This document shows positions 18,252 to 28,370 of a stretch of DNA of 64,000 nt, piece after piece. Source of the stretch: Nitrospirota bacterium (GTDB taxonomy: Bacteria > Nitrospirota > Thermodesulfovibrionia > Thermodesulfovibrionales > Dissulfurispiraceae); the NCBI GenBank assembly GCA_963710375.1, contig CAVPZX010000004.1, positions 128,001-192,000 of the forward strand. Reading direction: 5' to 3'. Every line of letters starts with the position of its first letter. Position 1 is the first letter of the stretch. Under the pieces are notes generated by a model. The model ran no database searches, had not been told where the DNA came from, and saw only the letters and a program-made list of their open reading frames with translations. The position numbers and the translations under genes are program-made.

Positions 18252-20078
18252 ATGTGCGGGATAATCGGATACATCGGGGGCAGGAATGCTATTTCCATCG
18301 TGATGGATGGATTGAAGCGGCTCGAATACAGGGGATACGATTCCGCGGGAATCGCCTTTCTTGAGGATAATAAAGTATCCGTCAGGAGATGCAAAGGAAA
18401 GCTCAGCGCGCTTGAGGCAATTACATGCACCCTCACGAAACCGAGCAATCTTGCTATAGGACACACGAGATGGGCCACGCACGGCAAACCTTCCGATGAA
18501 AATGCCCACCCCCACAGGTCTGACGGTATAGTTGTTGTTCATAACGGCATAATCGAAAACTATGTGGAACTTAAACATGCGCTTCAGGCGGAAGGTTTTA
18601 CTTTTACCTCTGAAACCGACACCGAGGTGCTCTGCCATCTCATTAATAAACATGCGGCCAGGGCCCCTCTTGAAGAGGCGGTCAGGAGAGCGATCAGGGA
18701 AGTAACCGGCGCCTATGCATTTGCTGTGATCAGTGAAAAGGAACCTGATAAAATTATCGCTGTAAGGAAAGAAAGTCCTCTTGTGATCGGATTGGGTGAC
18801 GGAGAATACTTTCTTGCCTCTGATGTCCCGGCATTCCTGAACCATTCCAAAGAGGTGATCTTCCTTGATAATAATGAAATAGCGATACTCCATAAAGACG
18901 GGGTCATAGTAACCGATTTTGACGGAAGGCCCCTGCACAAAAATGTTTCCTTCATATCATGGAGTCCTTCGATGGCTGAAAAAGGAGGGTACCGCCACTT
19001 CATGCTCAAGGAAATTTACGAGCAGCCCAGGTCGATAGCCGATACCTTACAGGGAAGGATATTCCCGGACAGAGGAGAGGTGGCGCTTGAGGAGTTCGGG
19101 CTTACGCACGGGGTCATCAAAGGGATCGACAGTATATTCATTGTCGCATGCGGGACATCTTACCATTCAGCGCTGGTGGGCAAGTACATGATCGAAGAAC
19201 TTTCCAGGATTCCGGTTGAAGTCAACATCGCCTCCGAATTCCGGTACAGGAATCCCATTGTCACCGGAAATACATTATTTGTAGGAATCACGCAGTCTGG
19301 TGAGACCGCTGACACCCTTGCTGCCTCAAGGGAAGCAAAAAGGCTTGGAGCGAAAGTATTGAGCATCTGCAATGTTATCGGCAGCACGGCCTCCCGCGAA
19401 TCGGATTTTGTGTTCTATACGCATTCAGGGCCGGAGATCGGCGTGGCTTCGACCAAGGCATTCACCGCGCAGATAGTAGCGCTTTATCTGCTGGCGATTG
19501 CCCTGGGCAGGGTCAGGGGCACTCTGGAGAAGAGCGCGGCCTCAAAGCTGCTTGGGGACCTTCTTCACCTGCCTGTGCAAGTCGAGCACACGCTGGAGCT
19601 TGATGCCTCCATAAGCTCTCTCGCCAGGGAGCTTTTCAAAAAAAAGGAGTTCCTGTATCTCGGCAGGGGAATAAACTATCCGATCGCTCTTGAAGGCGCG
19701 TTGAAGCTGAAAGAGATATCATATATCCATGCTGAAGGTTATGCTGCCGGCGAGATGAAGCATGGCCCTATAGCCCTTATTGATGAGGACCTTCCAGTGG
19801 TCGTGCTGGCGCCCTCGGGTAAGCTCTATGAAAAGGTCACATCGAACATGGAAGAGGTAAAAAGCAGGGGGGGCACCATTATCGCAGTTGCCTCGGCTGA
19901 TAATGACACGATAAGAAGACTCGCAAAATACACAATCTTTATTGAAGAAAGCAACTCCTATTTGAACACGATTTTTTTGACGGTCCCTCTGCAGCTGCTC
20001 GCTTATCATATTGCGGTATTAAGAGGATGCGATGTGGACCAGCCAAGGAACCTTGCGAAAAGCGTAACCGTTGAATAA
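18252..20078 (+). CDS. glmS: Glutamine--fructose-6-phosphate transaminase
   Basis: MCGIIG, LEYRGYDSAG, GHTRWATHG, SQSGETAD, PRNLAKSVTVE. Confidence 0.98.
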   Translation: MCGIIGYIGGRNAISIVMDGLKRLEYRGYDSAGIAFLEDNKVSVRRCKGKLSALEAITCTLTKPSNLAIGHTRWATHGKPSDENAHPHRSDGIVVVHNGIIENYVELKHALQAEGFTFTSETDTEVLCHLINKHAARAPLEEAVRRAIREVTGAYAFAVISEKEPDKIIAVRKESPLVIGLGDGEYFLASDVPAFLNHSKEVIFLDNNEIAILHKDGVIVTDFDGRPLHKNVSFISWSPSMAEKGGYRHFMLKEIYEQPRSIADTLQGRIFPDRGEVALEEFGLTHGVIKGIDSIFIVACGTSYHSALVGKYMIEELSRIPVEVNIASEFRYRNPIVTGNTLFVGITQSGETADTLAASREAKRLGAKVLSICNVIGSTASRESDFVFYTHSGPEIGVASTKAFTAQIVALYLLAIALGRVRGTLEKSAASKLLGDLLHLPVQVEHTLELDASISSLARELFKKKEFLYLGRGINYPIALEGALKLKEISYIHAEGYAAGEMKHGPIALIDEDLPVVVLAPSGKLYEKVTSNMEEVKSRGGTIIAVASADNDTIRRLAKYTIFIEESNSYLNTIFLTVPLQLLAYHIAVLRGCDVDQPRNLAKSVTVE

Positions 20079-20132
20079 CGGGCAATGGATGATTATGGCC
20101 TGCGAGTATGGTATAATAAAGGAAGTATTCTT

Positions 20133-22256
20133 ATGGCTAAAGACGTCTTATTTTTAGAAGAGCTTAATCCCCAGCAAAAAGAGGCTATCCTGTATTCAAA
20201 TGGCCCGCTCCTTGTACTTGCAGGAGCAGGCAGCGGAAAGACCAGGGTAATCACATATAAATTTACCCATCTGATCAAAAAGAAAAAGCTTTCCCCTGTC
20301 TCAATTTTTACCGTCACTTTTACCAACAAGGCAGCCGACGAGATGAAAGAGAGAATCTTGCGGTGTGTAGAATACGATGTCAAAAACGCATGGATAGGCA
20401 CGTTTCATTCCCAGTGCAATAAAATATTGCGGAAAGAAATAAAGGCACTGGGCTACAAGCCTGATTTTACCATTTACGATGAAGATGACCAGTGCAATCT
20501 TATTCGCCATATCCTTAAAGAGTTCAATATCTACGAGGCACTTTATAAAGGGGTTTCTTCAAGGATAAGCATTCTTAAGTCATCGCTGATATCTCCTGAA
20601 GAGTTTTTATCTCAGGGAGACGGGTTCAGTTTTGACGAAAAGCTCGGGAGGGTTTACCTTAAATACCAGGATGAGTTGAAACGGTGCAACGCCCTCGATT
20701 TCGACGACCTGATCATGCTTACCGCCAAATTGTTTGAGCAGCACCCTAAAATCCTCGAAAAGTATACTGATATGTTTCCTTACATCCTTGTGGACGAATT
20801 TCAGGACACCAACCATGCGCAGTACAGGCTGCTTCAGCTAATGGGGTCGTCACACCGGAACATCTGCGCTGTGGGAGACGATGACCAGAGCATTTACAAG
20901 TTCAGGGGGGCCGATGTGGGCAATATCCTGAACTTCGAAAAAGATTTTCCCGGTACGCAGGTTATAAAGCTCGAACAGAATTACCGGTCAACCCAGAACA
21001 TCCTTGATGTTTCAGGCTCGGTGATCGCAAAAAACAAAAACAGAAAGCTGAAAAGCCTGTGGACGGACAAAGGGGATGGAGAAAAAGTAATCTATTGCAG
21101 GCTAAATACCGAGGATGAAGAGGCGAAATATGTTGCGAGGACTATAAAAGACCTCTACCTGAAAAACAGCTACGACTACGGCAGTTTCGCAGTCCTCTAC
21201 AGGGTGAATCTCCAGGCGAGGGCGATCGAAGACGCTCTCAGGGAGGAATCCATCCCTTATAACGTGCTCAGCGGCATAAGTTTTTATCACAGGCGCGAGA
21301 TAAAAGACCTCATTTCCTATATGAAGCTTGTCCTGAACCACGATGACAATGTAAGCCTGCGACGCATTATCAACAGCCCTCCGAGAAATATAGGGGCTGC
21401 TACTCTGTCAAAAATAGAGCAGGAAGCTAAGAAGAACGGTGTCGGACTGCTGTCTGCGGCGCAGACAATGCTCAAGGCAAATGTGCTGACCGCGTCTGTC
21501 AAAGAAAAAATGTCTGAATTTATTAAAACCATCGGTCATTTGTCAACTGCAAGTTACAAGACTGCTGCTGATATGCTTAAAGATATTGTCGAGTTGACGG
21601 GATATATTGAAGATATTGAGGAAGAGCGCCTTCAGAATATCATGGAACTGATCTCCTCTGCCGAAGCAATATCGGCTAAGGATTTCGTCGAAAAGACCTC
21701 GCTGGCACATACGACATGCGGCAACGGCGTGACGGCAGCAAAGTCTGCTGTTTCGCTAATGACGTTGCACAGCGCAAAGGGTCTGGAATTTCCGGTGGTA
21801 TTCATTGTCGGCATCGAAGAAGGCATTCTCCCTTATTTCAAAGCCATAGGTGACGAAGCCGAAATGCATGAGGAGCGAAGGCTTTTCTATGTAGGCATGA
21901 CAAGGGCCAAAGACATTCTCTTCCTGAACGGGGTCAAGAAAAGAAAGATGTATTCAAAGATACAGGACCAGGAACCTTCTAGGTTCCTTAGCGATATCCC
22001 GAAGGATTGCTGTCACTGGGTGGAAAAAACAGTTGTTCCTCAGAGGGCCTCACTGCAGCCAAAGACGGTCAGACTCTCTCCACAGAGGGCGGCGCTGGCG
22101 TATCTGGTTGGAAGCAAGGTAAAACATCCTGCATGGGGGATCGGCATTGTGCGCGATTGCTGCGGTGATGGCGATGACCTGAAAGTGACGGTAAATTTCT
22201 CGAGTGTCGGATTGAAACGGCTTGCTGTCCGGCATGTACAACTAGAAAAAATGTAG
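20133..22256 (+). CDS. pcrA: UvrD/PcrA ATP-dependent DNA helicase
   Basis: AGAGSGKT, TFTNKAA, VDEFQDTN, VGDDDQSIY, EQNYRS, TLHSAKGLEF, EERRLFYVGMTRA; C-terminal Tudor-like domain. Confidence 0.95.
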   Translation: MAKDVLFLEELNPQQKEAILYSNGPLLVLAGAGSGKTRVITYKFTHLIKKKKLSPVSIFTVTFTNKAADEMKERILRCVEYDVKNAWIGTFHSQCNKILRKEIKALGYKPDFTIYDEDDQCNLIRHILKEFNIYEALYKGVSSRISILKSSLISPEEFLSQGDGFSFDEKLGRVYLKYQDELKRCNALDFDDLIMLTAKLFEQHPKILEKYTDMFPYILVDEFQDTNHAQYRLLQLMGSSHRNICAVGDDDQSIYKFRGADVGNILNFEKDFPGTQVIKLEQNYRSTQNILDVSGSVIAKNKNRKLKSLWTDKGDGEKVIYCRLNTEDEEAKYVARTIKDLYLKNSYDYGSFAVLYRVNLQARAIEDALREESIPYNVLSGISFYHRREIKDLISYMKLVLNHDDNVSLRRIINSPPRNIGAATLSKIEQEAKKNGVGLLSAAQTMLKANVLTASVKEKMSEFIKTIGHLSTASYKTAADMLKDIVELTGYIEDIEEERLQNIMELISSAEAISAKDFVEKTSLAHTTCGNGVTAAKSAVSLMTLHSAKGLEFPVVFIVGIEEGILPYFKAIGDEAEMHEERRLFYVGMTRAKDILFLNGVKKRKMYSKIQDQEPSRFLSDIPKDCCHWVEKTVVPQRASLQPKTVRLSPQRAALAYLVGSKVKHPAWGIGIVRDCCGDGDDLKVTVNFSSVGLKRLAVRHVQLEKM

Positions 22257-22259
22257 ATA

Positions 22260-22547
22260 ATGAATATAACTGAAGATGAAGTAAAGCACATTGTAAAGCT
22301 CGCGAGGCTCTCTCTCTCTGAAGATGAATTGTCGATGTACCGTGGACAACTGAACGCGATTATCGGGTATGTTGAACAATTAAATACGCTCGACACTGCC
22401 GGTATTGAACCTACCTCGCATATACTGCCTATCACTAATGTTATGAGAGAGGATGTGCATATACCGTCGCTGTCAAACGACGAGGCATTAAAGAACGCTC
22501 CTGACCCTTCGGATAAATTTTACAGGGTCCCGAAAATAATAGAATAA
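22260..22547 (+). CDS. gatC: Asp-tRNA(Asn)/Glu-tRNA(Gln) amidotransferase subunit C
   Basis: EVKHIVKLARL, NVMRED, NAP, VPKII. Confidence 0.95.
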   Translation: MNITEDEVKHIVKLARLSLSEDELSMYRGQLNAIIGYVEQLNTLDTAGIEPTSHILPITNVMREDVHIPSLSNDEALKNAPDPSDKFYRVPKIIE

Positions 22548-22551
22548 AGGC

Positions 22552-22683
22552 AGGCGATAGGTAATAGGCTATGGGCTATAGGTCAAAACTAAAAGAAGAA
22601 AATATTTTTCATTGGTGCGTGTATTACAATAAAGTTTTTTCTGGTTTTAAGACCTATTGCCTATTGCCTATTGCCTATCGCCT
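22552..22683. repeat. Inverted pair of 7-bp tandem repeat tracts (AGGCDAT)n / (ATTGCCT)n
   Basis: Directly visible between gatC and panD, around an AT-rich spacer. Confidence 0.75.
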
Positions 22684-22694
22684 ATGGTTTGACT

Positions 22695-23042
22695 ATGCTT
22701 AGATGTTTTCTAAAATCAAAAATACATATGGCAACGGTGACTGAATCAAACCTCGCCTATGAAGGGAGCATTACCGTGGACAGGGAGATTATGGACCTTG
22801 CCGGAATTCTTCCTTACGAGCAGGTCATGATAAGCAATCTGAACAACGGTGAGAGGTTTGAAACATATATGATACCCGGCAGGCCCGGCTCCCGTGAATT
22901 CTGCCTTAACGGTCCGACTGCACGCAAGGGAATTGTTGGCGATAAGATTATCATTTTCTCTTACTGTTACCTTGGAGAACAGGAAATAAAAGGGTTCTCA
23001 CCCGTCATTGTCAAGCTTAACGGTAACAACAACCCCATCTGA
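22695..23042 (+). CDS. panD: Aspartate 1-decarboxylase
   Basis: KSKIH, YEGSITVD (G-S cleavage site), NGERFETY, LNG. Confidence 0.95.
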   Translation: MLRCFLKSKIHMATVTESNLAYEGSITVDREIMDLAGILPYEQVMISNLNNGERFETYMIPGRPGSREFCLNGPTARKGIVGDKIIIFSYCYLGEQEIKGFSPVIVKLNGNNNPI

Positions 23043-23063
23043 TCAGAGCCGGTACATCATAAA

Positions 23064-23097
23064 AAAAGGGAGAGAGCAAATCTGCTCTCTCCCTTTT
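23064..23097. terminator. Bidirectional rho-independent terminator
   Basis: AAAAGGGAGAGAGCA-aatc-TGCTCTCTCCCTTTT between convergent panD and porin gene. Confidence 0.8.
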
Positions 23098-23125
23098 GCC
23101 TTTGTAAGGGCAACGTCCCCTTGAC

Positions 23126-25294
23126 TTAAAACTTATATGCTGCTGTTAGAAACACAACGGTTGAACTATAAGAGGGGTTTGCGTAAGCGCCTGACAGGTA
23201 CATGGCGGTAGTGGAGTTGTAGTATTGATAATTAGGGTTCTCCAGACCGTAGTCCATGTACTTATACTGCTGGAACGAGGCTCCTACTGCCATCGAGAAA
23301 GTTTTCGATATAACGTCTGTTATCTTGAACGTAAAGGCGCTCTTATGGTAGGAGTCAACCTCGTCGTCCATGTTAGGATTGCCGATTGGGCCTGTGGCTG
23401 AGTTTGAGTTGGAGTTCACGCCGCCACTAAACCCTCCGCCATGAGCTGTGGTCCCAACCACGCCTGGGTAAAAGAAGGTGAAATCATCGTCGCCGCTGGA
23501 ATTAACATAATCATACTCCAGCCTGACAGTTAACTTTTTCGGCAATACATAGAAATCAACCCCTGCCCCATACTCGTAAGTATTATCCTTTGTCATCAGG
23601 TTCCAGACGTATTGAACATTACTCGTGCTGGCAACGGTAGTCGGGGTCAACGGGTATACGTAATCTAACAGATTTTCCGTGATATTTTGGAGATCAAAAT
23701 AGGCGTTGAATCTTGCAAAAGTTCCGATCATGTAATCGCCATAAGCTTCGAACTCATTAGTCGTGATATTTTGAACGCCGAGAGCGTCATCAGGATAATC
23801 GGACTTCTTGTATTTGTACATAACTCCGAAATTCAGGTTGTCGAAAGGAGCGGTATCCAAAGCAGCCTTGTATGTGTTCCTCGTCTGCTTTGCTCCATCA
23901 AAATTTGTAAAAAACGCGGGGTTAGCTGTTGAAATGCTGCCGGATAAGGCATATGGAGTTCCATAAGAAGCCAACCTCTCCAACCGCTCGTAGCCTATTT
24001 TCGGCGTCATCCAATCAAGCCCTGTCCATCTAAGCTCGGTTGAGTATACGTTGTCTTTTGTAGTAGGGATGTCCGGCCTGTTTTCTCTGTCAGTATCGAG
24101 ATAGCTGTATCCAATGTCCAAATGAAATTGCTCAGGCAGTTTGAATCCGAGGCTGGCGCCGTAATTGTTCTTTTTGTATGAAAATAACGGGACCTGAAAA
24201 GCCGACGACCCGCTCCCCTGGGTTACATTATCCGATTTGTTCTCAGAGTCATAGTACTGGTAAAAAAGTTTGGTGTTAAGGAACGAGATCGGATTGGAGG
24301 TGAGCGAAAAAGAGTAATTCTGGATCTCCTTACGCCCGGTAAAGTTGGTTTCGCTCAAAAAACCCGTAGTCGAGGTGATAAGCGGGCTAAAGTCAAATGA
24401 AGACTTCTGGTGTGAGTTGGCGAGACTCACCATGAACCTGCTGTTCATCGGAAGCATCAGCGAACCCTTGAACCCGAGTTTGTAAACGCTGCTGTCCGGC
24501 GGCTGTGTCATTAGCTGCGCAGCCGATCCTGTAGGGCTCGCGATGCTAAGGATCTGATTCTGATTGGTGAAATCGCTGTAGGTGAAATTGAGTGCGGCAA
24601 ACAGCGGCTTAGCCTGGTAGCCTATCTCACCAGAGTAAATATCGGTCTCGTAGTCGACAGGCGCCGGGATTTCCATGTTGCCGGTGTTACCGTTGCTGTA
24701 AGGTGTAAGGCCGGTTCTGTCCTCCCTGAACATACTGAAATTAACATAAAAGGGTTTCGGCATTTCGAGGTTAAACGAGCCGCCGTACTGGTTTCGCGAT
24801 ATAGAGTAATTGAAGTTGTTCCATGCGGCCGGATTCTTAGACGCCGGGTTCGCAGAGGTCCACGGGGTGCCGGTGCCGTTGAAAAGGGTGTTACTCCCGG
24901 CGCCTGATAAAGGAGTCAATGCACCGAAAGTGATATTATGGATTATCTGGTTGTAGAAAAGCTCGTAGGAGAATCGCCCATACATCCCTCCGTCCAGGGT
25001 ATAGTTTTGCGTTTTGTAGCCTATATCCGTGGCACTGAATTTCAGCCAATAGTTGTCACTGTCATAGCCCAGCTTGATATGGCCGTAAAATCCGCCGCCC
25101 TTTGTCATGTCCTGGTATTCGCTGAATTTGGCCGTGCTGCCGCTCACGTTATCAACTACGGCAGTCGCTCCTACATCGCCTTCAAATGTCCCCTGATTCG
25201 ATGCCGTCTGATTCGATGTCCCCTCATCTGAAAATGCACTGACAAATGATAGGAGGACTAATGCTATAGCTAAAATTATTATTCTTAGTTTCAT
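23126..25294 (-). CDS. mtrB: MtrB/PioB-family outer-membrane beta-barrel
   Basis: Signal peptide, SAKFxEY-like motif, P(A)PVDYET, aromatic-rich alternating strands, C-terminal YKF; directly downstream of decaheme cytochrome. Confidence 0.85.
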   Translation of the reverse strand: MKLRIIILAIALVLLSFVSAFSDEGTSNQTASNQGTFEGDVGATAVVDNVSGSTAKFSEYQDMTKGGGFYGHIKLGYDSDNYWLKFSATDIGYKTQNYTLDGGMYGRFSYELFYNQIIHNITFGALTPLSGAGSNTLFNGTGTPWTSANPASKNPAAWNNFNYSISRNQYGGSFNLEMPKPFYVNFSMFREDRTGLTPYSNGNTGNMEIPAPVDYETDIYSGEIGYQAKPLFAALNFTYSDFTNQNQILSIASPTGSAAQLMTQPPDSSVYKLGFKGSLMLPMNSRFMVSLANSHQKSSFDFSPLITSTTGFLSETNFTGRKEIQNYSFSLTSNPISFLNTKLFYQYYDSENKSDNVTQGSGSSAFQVPLFSYKKNNYGASLGFKLPEQFHLDIGYSYLDTDRENRPDIPTTKDNVYSTELRWTGLDWMTPKIGYERLERLASYGTPYALSGSISTANPAFFTNFDGAKQTRNTYKAALDTAPFDNLNFGVMYKYKKSDYPDDALGVQNITTNEFEAYGDYMIGTFARFNAYFDLQNITENLLDYVYPLTPTTVASTSNVQYVWNLMTKDNTYEYGAGVDFYVLPKKLTVRLEYDYVNSSGDDDFTFFYPGVVGTTAHGGGFSGGVNSNSNSATGPIGNPNMDDEVDSYHKSAFTFKITDVISKTFSMAVGASFQQYKYMDYGLENPNYQYYNSTTAMYLSGAYANPSYSSTVVFLTAAYKF

Positions 25295-25306
25295 TATTAT
25301 TTCCTC

Positions 25307-26242
25307 CTATTCCCTGAAATAGCAGCCATTTGCCGGTTTTAGCCCATTGCTGCCATGAATGGCTGGATGACAGTTCAGGCAGGCTCGACCAACCATATGG
25401 CTTGAAGGCAGCACAACACCAGGCGCATTTGTCGAGAAGATGGTAAATGGTTGTCCCCCCATACTACCCCCCGTTTCATGGCATTGCTCGCATAACACCG
25501 GCACTCTCTGAATCAGCAATCTGTCGTGATTGCTCCCGTGAGGGTTATGGCAATTGAGGCAATTCTCCTCGACCGGAGGATGCTCGTTAAGATACGGGCC
25601 TCTTTTTTCCGCGTGGCATTTATAACAGAGTTCGTTGACAGAATCGGCTTTCAGCATTTTGTCGGCAAGCTCCCCGTGAGGGTTATGGCAGTCAACGCAT
25701 GCTACTTTGTCTTCCCTGATAGGATGGTGGGACTGCTTGCGAGTCATGGCCTGTATGTCCTTGTGGCACTGAAAGCAGACTTCGGATCTGCCCGCTTTCA
25801 GGAAATTCTTCGTTCCTGTATGAGGAGAATGGCAATTGTCGCAGGAAACACCCTCGATGTTGTGCTTGCTCTGACTCCAGAACGCGGCAGTCTTTGTTTC
25901 ATCATGGCAGGCAAGGCATTTTGCGGCTTTGGCCTTAGGGTCAACGTTCTTGTTAAAAGCAAATATTTCAACGCCTCTACCGCCGCCTTTTTCCACGTGT
26001 TTAGCACCGGGACCATGGCAGGTCTCGCAGGCATCCGCGCTTCCCGGCCCCTTCACATGCTTCTTTGCATGAACAGACTTTGCATACGTTGCATACTGAG
26101 TTTCGTGACAGCCCTGACAGGTCTCAGCGCCGACATACCCTTCTTTTATCCCAACCGTCTGCTCGCTGCCCCAGGACAGGGAAACAGAGGCCAACAAAAA
26201 GAAAAGGGGAATAAAAAGAGAAACTAAATGTTTCTTCTGCAT
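25307..26242 (-). CDS. mtrA: DmsE/MtrA-family decaheme c-type cytochrome
   Basis: Signal peptide; 10 CxxCH; YVGAETC, CHAEKRGP..EHPPV, CLNCH..IHGSN signature. Confidence 0.92.
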   Translation of the reverse strand: MQKKHLVSLFIPLFFLLASVSLSWGSEQTVGIKEGYVGAETCQGCHETQYATYAKSVHAKKHVKGPGSADACETCHGPGAKHVEKGGGRGVEIFAFNKNVDPKAKAAKCLACHDETKTAAFWSQSKHNIEGVSCDNCHSPHTGTKNFLKAGRSEVCFQCHKDIQAMTRKQSHHPIREDKVACVDCHNPHGELADKMLKADSVNELCYKCHAEKRGPYLNEHPPVEENCLNCHNPHGSNHDRLLIQRVPVLCEQCHETGGSMGGQPFTIFSTNAPGVVLPSSHMVGRACLNCHPAIHGSNGLKPANGCYFRE

Positions 26243-26294
26243 ACCTTACCTCCATAGCAATTATTTCCTGTTGAAAAACCGCATACCGAAAACC

Positions 26295-27122
26295 TCATTT
26301 GACCCTCACGAGCCTGAAACCGAGTGCATGAGTACTAAATGACGGGTCGAGTGAAACACGATGGGAACACGTCACTCCCAAAGGTCCGTTGCTCCAGCCT
26401 CCGCCTCTCATCACACGATACGCTCCGGAACCCTCGTAGACAGGGTTATCTTTGGGAAGCTTGGAATAGGCCTCGCTGTTATAAACATCCTCGACCCACT
26501 CCCATACATTGCCGAGCATGTCATACAGTCCATAGCCGTTCGGTTTAAAACTGCCGACAGGCGCGGAAACCAGAAATTTGTCGTCACAGCTAAAAATGGT
26601 CCATTTCGGCCAATGTTTTTTTGCACTCAGGTCCGCAACATTTGCATAGGTACACGCATCGTCAGGATTATTGCCCCAGAAAAAGCTCGTCGTTGTTCCA
26701 GCCCGGCAGGCATATTCCCACTCCGCTTCTGTCGGGAGCCTGTAAGTGTGTCCGGTCTTTTTCGAGAGCCACTTGGCATAGTCGTCCGCATCGTACCATG
26801 AAACAAACACCGCGGGCTGTTTGTCGTCGTTCAGCGTCATCCCTTCGAATGCTCCGCTGTTATGGTCCGGCCGGAATTTTCTGTACTGCTCGTTGGTTAC
26901 ATCATACTTTCCAATATAGAAATCATTAAGGCAGACTTCATGAACAGGTCTCTCGTTTCTCTCGCCGCTACCAACAGAATCTCCCATTTGATAACAGCCA
27001 CCCTTAACGAATATAAGATCCACGCCTACTACGTTGTCAGTAATCGGGGTTTCTGCACTAACTATGGCAGGAGAGCCAGCGAGGGAAAACATCAACACAA
27101 CAAACAGAATTCTTAAGACCAT
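26295..27122 (-). CDS. Secreted formylglycine-generating-enzyme (SUMF1/NirV-like) domain protein
   Basis: GGCYQMG, ERPVHEV, RLPTEAEWEYACR, GLYDMLGNVWEW, RGGGW, GFRL; lacks the FGE CxxxxC active-site pair. Confidence 0.88.
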   Translation of the reverse strand: MVLRILFVVLMFSLAGSPAIVSAETPITDNVVGVDLIFVKGGCYQMGDSVGSGERNERPVHEVCLNDFYIGKYDVTNEQYRKFRPDHNSGAFEGMTLNDDKQPAVFVSWYDADDYAKWLSKKTGHTYRLPTEAEWEYACRAGTTTSFFWGNNPDDACTYANVADLSAKKHWPKWTIFSCDDKFLVSAPVGSFKPNGYGLYDMLGNVWEWVEDVYNSEAYSKLPKDNPVYEGSGAYRVMRGGGWSNGPLGVTCSHRVSLDPSFSTHALGFRLVRVK

Positions 27123-27471
27123 CTTACACCCCCTGATCTAAAATGTACTTTTAGTTTTACCCTCAAACAGCATAAAGTCTGCTGCACGTTTCTTGTGCAC
27201 ATCGCTAATTGTGTGCACTCTCGCCTCTTGCTGTTTCACCTCCTTGTCGCAGCGGACAAAGTATTAACAATAGATTTTTTCATTACGGATTAAATCCAAA
27301 CCAAAATAATCCTTAGCGTATACTTTATCAGATTATGGAATGATTGGCAATAGATTATAGGTGAACATTTTTTGTTGATGTAGTATGTATTTTTTGTGAT
27401 CTTAATTAGTAATTTTATCCCGGGTAATGTGAGAAATCACAATACCTGTGACAACTCATTGAAATTTATTA

Positions 27472-28218
27472 TTAATGTGGGTTAAGAAGGGCGTCTATCA
27501 TGTGATCGCTAACCGCATCTGCAACATAGTCAACCAGGTCCTTATCTATTGGTGAAACAAAAGGCACTACCGCAAGTATTGGCACAGGGCATAGCTTCCT
27601 AAGCACCTCGGGGTTTGTCCGCTCCGCTACTGCATTTGATGCAGTTTCGTTGCTGTTGATAACGACACCCCGCACTTCTATTCCTTCTCCTATAGCATGC
27701 ATAACGGTCAACAGCGTATGATTGATGGTGCCCAATCCAGCCCTGGCAACTATAACTACAGGAATATCTAATGATTTAATCAGATCGGACATCAAGAACG
27801 CCGACGGGATGGGTCCTGTAATCATGCTGCCGCCTGATTCTTTTATCGGAACCATGATGCCGCCGGCGCCCTCCACGACGAGGAAGTCATATTTTGTTAT
27901 AAGCATGGAATACGCACGCATTACGGCGCCGAGATCAACGCTCTTCCCTTCCAGTTCAGCGGCTACCATAGGTGAAAGGGGATATGAAAAACGAACCGGC
28001 GTCACAATTTCTGCTGGTTCACCCATTCCGGCAATTTTCCGCAGGAACATCCCGTCCTGCGCAACTAACGTTCCGCCTTCGTTAATGCAGCCTGTTTCCA
28101 CTGGCTTCATAGCGCCGGCTTTCACACCTTTCCTGCCCAGCGCCCGTATAATTCCGGCAGCGATAACCGTCTTGCCGACACCGGTATCCGTTCCTGTTAT
28201 AAAAATTCCTTTTGTCAT
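27472..28218 (-). CDS. bioD: Dethiobiotin synthase
   Basis: FITGTDTGVGKT, KPVETG, VEGAGG, LGTINHT. Confidence 0.96.
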   Translation of the reverse strand: MTKGIFITGTDTGVGKTVIAAGIIRALGRKGVKAGAMKPVETGCINEGGTLVAQDGMFLRKIAGMGEPAEIVTPVRFSYPLSPMVAAELEGKSVDLGAVMRAYSMLITKYDFLVVEGAGGIMVPIKESGGSMITGPIPSAFLMSDLIKSLDIPVVIVARAGLGTINHTLLTVMHAIGEGIEVRGVVINSNETASNAVAERTNPEVLRKLCPVPILAVVPFVSPIDKDLVDYVADAVSDHMIDALLNPH

Positions 28219-28370
28219 TATTTATGCATTGGAGCTCTTATTCGTCTTAATCATACTATTCATGTTATAATTTCCCATATAATGCGTCAAGCGTCGCGCA
28301 GGAAAAACCACGCCTCTGTGGTTTTTTTCACACTCGACTCTTGGCGCTCAACGTTTTTCCAGGAGGTGTT

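Noticed and set aside
18130..22683. Short repeat tracts as CRISPR arrays
   Set aside because: Units are 7-8 bp tandem with no unique spacers, and no cas genes are present.
27177..27257. c-di-GMP (GEMM) riboswitch
   Set aside because: Lacks the GGCAAAC...GAAA...GACGCAAA consensus; kept only as an unclassified leader.
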